From NCBI RefSeq assembly GCF_006345805.1, contig NC_043010.1, forward strand, positions 44,578,001-44,642,000: a stretch of 64,000 nt of DNA, in the 5' to 3' direction. The notes under the pieces are model-generated. The model was not told where the DNA came from. It saw only the letters and a list, made by a program, of their open reading frames with translations, and did no database searches. Of this stretch, positions 63,933-64,000 are shown in pieces. Numbering within the stretch: position 1 is the first letter of the stretch; each line of letters opens with the position of its first letter. This DNA comes from Octopus sinensis (lineage: Eukaryota). Position numbers and translations under genes: made by a program.

Positions 63933-64000
63933 CTTGTGACCTTATTGTAAGGACTGCAAAAAACTGGTGGCAGGGAAAAGAGAAAAATATAATGGTCAAA

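Noticed and set aside
1-64000. Functional link between SNRPG (an Sm core protein) and the nearby U12 intron of HPS1, or a novel multi-gene system
   Set aside because: Proximity of three unrelated housekeeping-type genes is not evidence of a system; nothing in the sequence supports co-function.

Overview
Eukaryotic, very AT-rich, microsatellite- and SINE-dense animal DNA. The repeat families look like those of Octopus (coleoid cephalopod); this taxon call is inferred from memory of the repeats, not proven. Almost all ORFs in the supplied track are spurious or are decayed transposon pieces. Three spliced genes can be rebuilt by hand with consistent exon phases. (1) The 3' part of HPS1 (BLOC-3 subunit), + strand, 8 coding exons at 1481-14207, with a clear minor-spliceosome (U12-type) intron. 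(2) An NF-YA gene, - strand, 5 coding exons at 33059-25466 plus a probable non-coding first exon near 44.7 kb; its CCAAT-binding motif is atypical (KYLYESRH...RGQGGVF). (3) A complete SNRPG (Sm-G), + strand, 4 exons at 46108-60779, head-to-head with NF-YA across a roughly 1.4 kb CCAAT/ETS/CRE/YY1-containing region. The rest is decayed mobile DNA: Tc1/mariner copies, a Tigger/pogo fragment, a piggyBac derivative with a matching MITE, Helitrons, RTE LINE fragments, a Ty3/Gypsy provirus with both LTRs, PBS and PPT, and several tRNA-derived SINE families. I found no CRISPR array, rRNA, intact tRNA or convincing new multi-gene system. The best leads are the U12 intron, the divergent NF-YA DNA-binding domain, the intronic foldbacks and a degenerate hammerhead-like motif.
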